Assembly (NCBI RefSeq): GCF_022045235.1 | Contig: NW_027266279.1 | Coordinates: forward strand, 1,860,001-1,924,000 | Reading direction: 5' to 3' | Origin: Haliotis cracherodii | Taxonomy: Eukaryota | DNA: 64,000 nt | Shown: positions 61,488 through 64,000 of the stretch, piece after piece | Numbering within the stretch: position 1 is the first letter of the stretch | Layout of the letters: every line of letters starts with the position of its first letter | The notes under the pieces: generated by a model | What the model was told of the DNA's origin: nothing | What the model saw: the letters and a program-made list of their open reading frames with translations, nothing else | The model's database searches: none | Position numbers and translations under genes: made by a program

Positions 61488-61768
61488 GGGGGCACGGGCG
61501 GCCCAGTCGTCTAAGGCGGGCGATTCGCTGTCCAGAGTTGCGTCCCTTGGGCACGCCAGAAACCTGTGATTGTGGGTTCGAATCCCGGTTCGCCCCGATT
61601 ATGTTTCTAGGTTTGTCAGCACCATACCTGTGCTCCTCGGTTTCACCGAAGTGGTAAACGTCTGAGACCTGCATCACTTCGGGCTTTCCTCCCACATTAA
61701 GCTGACATGTTGCGATATAACTGGAATACTGTTAAAAGTGGCGTTAAACCAAACTCACTCACTCACTC
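61488..61768 (+). mobile_element. SINE family D, full length (tRNA-Leu/Ser-like head)
   Basis: A box-like GGCCCAGTCGTCTAAGGCG, B box GGGTTCGAATCCC, ggctttcctcccaca motif, common tail and (ACTC)n. Confidence 0.88.
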
Positions 61769-63557
61769 AAAATGTCGTCCCTTCAAAGAAAATGTTCAAA
61801 ATGCTGGCCGCTTCTGGGATCTGTGCAATTCTGCATCCGGGAACTCTGCCTCATTTTCGTTTTGATCGTTTTCACTGTCTGAGTAATAAATTTGTATACG
61901 ATCCATTGTAGTTGTTTGTGTTAAATCATCGTAAATATCATCGAGTCGTCATCTTTCTCAGAAAAGAAATCCTTGAAGACAATGTTGATGTTGTTAAACC
62001 GGTCCCACTCAGTACCCACCCGACCCCGACCCCGACCCCGACCCCGAGTTACCCGTCCCAGGCCTATTGGGACCTGTCCATTGTTAGCACTGCGTGGTAC
62101 ATTTCTGTTCACTGCTGGTACACGGCGCAAGTCCTCTAAGCTGGTTCCCGGCTCCCAATGCGCGTCGTCAACTTGCGCCGGTACAGGCTTTATTGATATC
62201 ACAATATGGGAGCCGGTACAGGCCAATGAGACGATGGCTGTGAACGCCTTCTAATCACTCTCCTACACAGAGTTCCATACGACCAACATAGTACCTCGTG
62301 TTATGCTGAGTCATAATGAATTAGGTTTACAAAATTCCTAAAAATGTTATGAAGTAGATAATCCCTGGATAAACTTCAAACTGCACCACGCAGACAGATG
62401 CACTTAACAGTTTGGAATAGTGTGGGAAATTCCCTATTTGGTCATTTCATCCACTAGCATTTTAAGCCAAGTAATATTCCTGAAAATGACCTCTGAAAAT
62501 TAGGTACATAGTAAATGTCGCCATTTTTTACACATTACTAAATCACCACTCACGGCGTTATTTACAGCATGTTTTGAAATATAAATTTCGGATATTTACT
62601 CGGTGAAATGAATTTCACAAATAGCATATCACGGGTATCTGTATTTTATCAAATCACCAATGATCATTCCAAAACGTCGCCGATAACACCAGAATCGTTC
62701 AGAATGTTTTGGAAAATACCAAACAAGAACGCCGAAGTGAACACTCCGCCATAATGGATAGTGCATGTTTTCACCAAAATCACGTTTCACGTATACGGGT
62801 TATGAGATGCCTGTAACATCACGTACATCAAACTTAGCTGCGATACATCCTTGAATTCCTCGTACAAAGAAGAAGCAAATGACATATATATGGTCTTTGT
62901 CACTAATACAAAGTGTCTGGATGAAATCAAGCGAAGTAAATTAGGTATGAAAACGAACGCTGTGCTCTAGAAAATGCAATTGTTTGAAATGTAAACAAAG
63001 CAAAATTCAGATTTTACACAGTGTAGCATTTTCTCCTATTTTGAACTATCCATTTGTCTATTCGTTGAATACATTGGCTCACCAATTTCAGAATAAGCAC
63101 GGGCAGAGAATCGTATGAAGAATTAGGAAACTTAAAAATACATTGCAATGGTTGATATTTCAACAGAAATTTCCGTCATGTGTGACGCCATGGCTGACGC
63201 AAAATCACGCACAGCGGCAACGGAATTTATCGGATTTTTTAACTATTTACGTTAATGGTTTCAATGAAAAATATCACAGCAAATAACAGTACACAGATTG
63301 TCAGAATCAACGAAAGTAACCTCGTAAAATCCCGCGTACTGTTTTCAGTGAACACGAAATTGTGTACACGTCGGTCACCGGTAGTGTTGTCATACGCCAA
63401 CATAGTTGTACATATTTGGTAATTTCTTTGAGGTATAGGTCTTTGAATGAAAGCATACCTATCCTGCTGTTTAATTACAGTTTCAATTATGATGCAGAAT
63501 TTCCATATCTTTTTTGCATTTTTTCCCACGTTTAATTTCACTTCGGATGTTCAATTA

Positions 63558-63728
63558 GGAGATAAACATATTGTGTTTTCAATGTAGAGCTAGGTTACCT
63601 GTAGATTTAACCCCGCTAAATTTAACATTTGAAACCTCACGCTGCGCGTTCGGTTCCAAATTCAATTTAGCGGGGTTAAATCTACAGGTAACCTAGCTCT
63701 ACATTGAAAACACAATATGTTTATCTCC
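63558..63728. repeat. Perfect 65-bp inverted repeat with a partly self-complementary 41-bp spacer
   Basis: 63558-63622 is the exact reverse complement of 63664-63728. Confidence 0.93.
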
Positions 63729-64000
63729 ATTCTACCATGACTAAATAAAACGCGAACTCTTTGGTGTTAGCAAATATACTGAGTGAAGCGGCATGGGTTG
63801 AGTTCAGTGTTTTGAGTAAGTTATCGATCTGAATTACGGAAACACCGAACAAAATATGGTGATGTATATACTCAAGCAGTTTGTTTACACCGTAATATTT
63901 CACTCGAACATATGACAGGCATTGAAAGCATATAATCACGGCAACTTGATAAGCTAACATGAGACGGGCATCCCTAAAGAAAACAAAGCAAGCTTTGCAA

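Noticed and set aside
61912-62254. Short ORFs with PTPTP/RPRPR repeats
   Set aside because: Caused by a (CCCCGA)n microsatellite; no supporting gene structure.

Overview
Eukaryotic genomic DNA, repeat-rich, with spliceosomal GT-AG introns and one N gap. The SINE and gene repertoire suggests a mollusc, probably a gastropod such as abalone (inference). Seven intact protein-coding genes can be reconstructed. Two have single-exon CDSs: a rhodopsin-class FMRFamide-receptor-like GPCR (+, 980-2116) and a single-cysteine-cluster Toll-like receptor (-, 4075-6663). One is a 3-exon secreted protein with three 4-Cys chitin-binding type-2 (CBM14/peritrophin-A-like) domains (-, 22072-25096). The most notable result is a tandem array of four 2-exon genes on the minus strand (29.1-53.5 kb), which the ORF track shows only in fragments. 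Each encodes only a 20-aa signal peptide and ONE kringle domain (113-117 aa). The four paralogues keep an invariant 6-Cys framework, vary strongly in four loops, show patchwork (gene-conversion-like) relationships and share a conserved ~250-bp upstream block. The rest of the window is minisatellites (three unrelated 42-bp arrays plus 46-, 40-, 22- and 11-bp arrays), at least four SINE-like families, R4/Dong-like, RTE-X-like and Penelope-like retroelement remnants, a Tc1 element and several long hairpins. All long ORFs inside the tandem repeats are rejected as artefacts.
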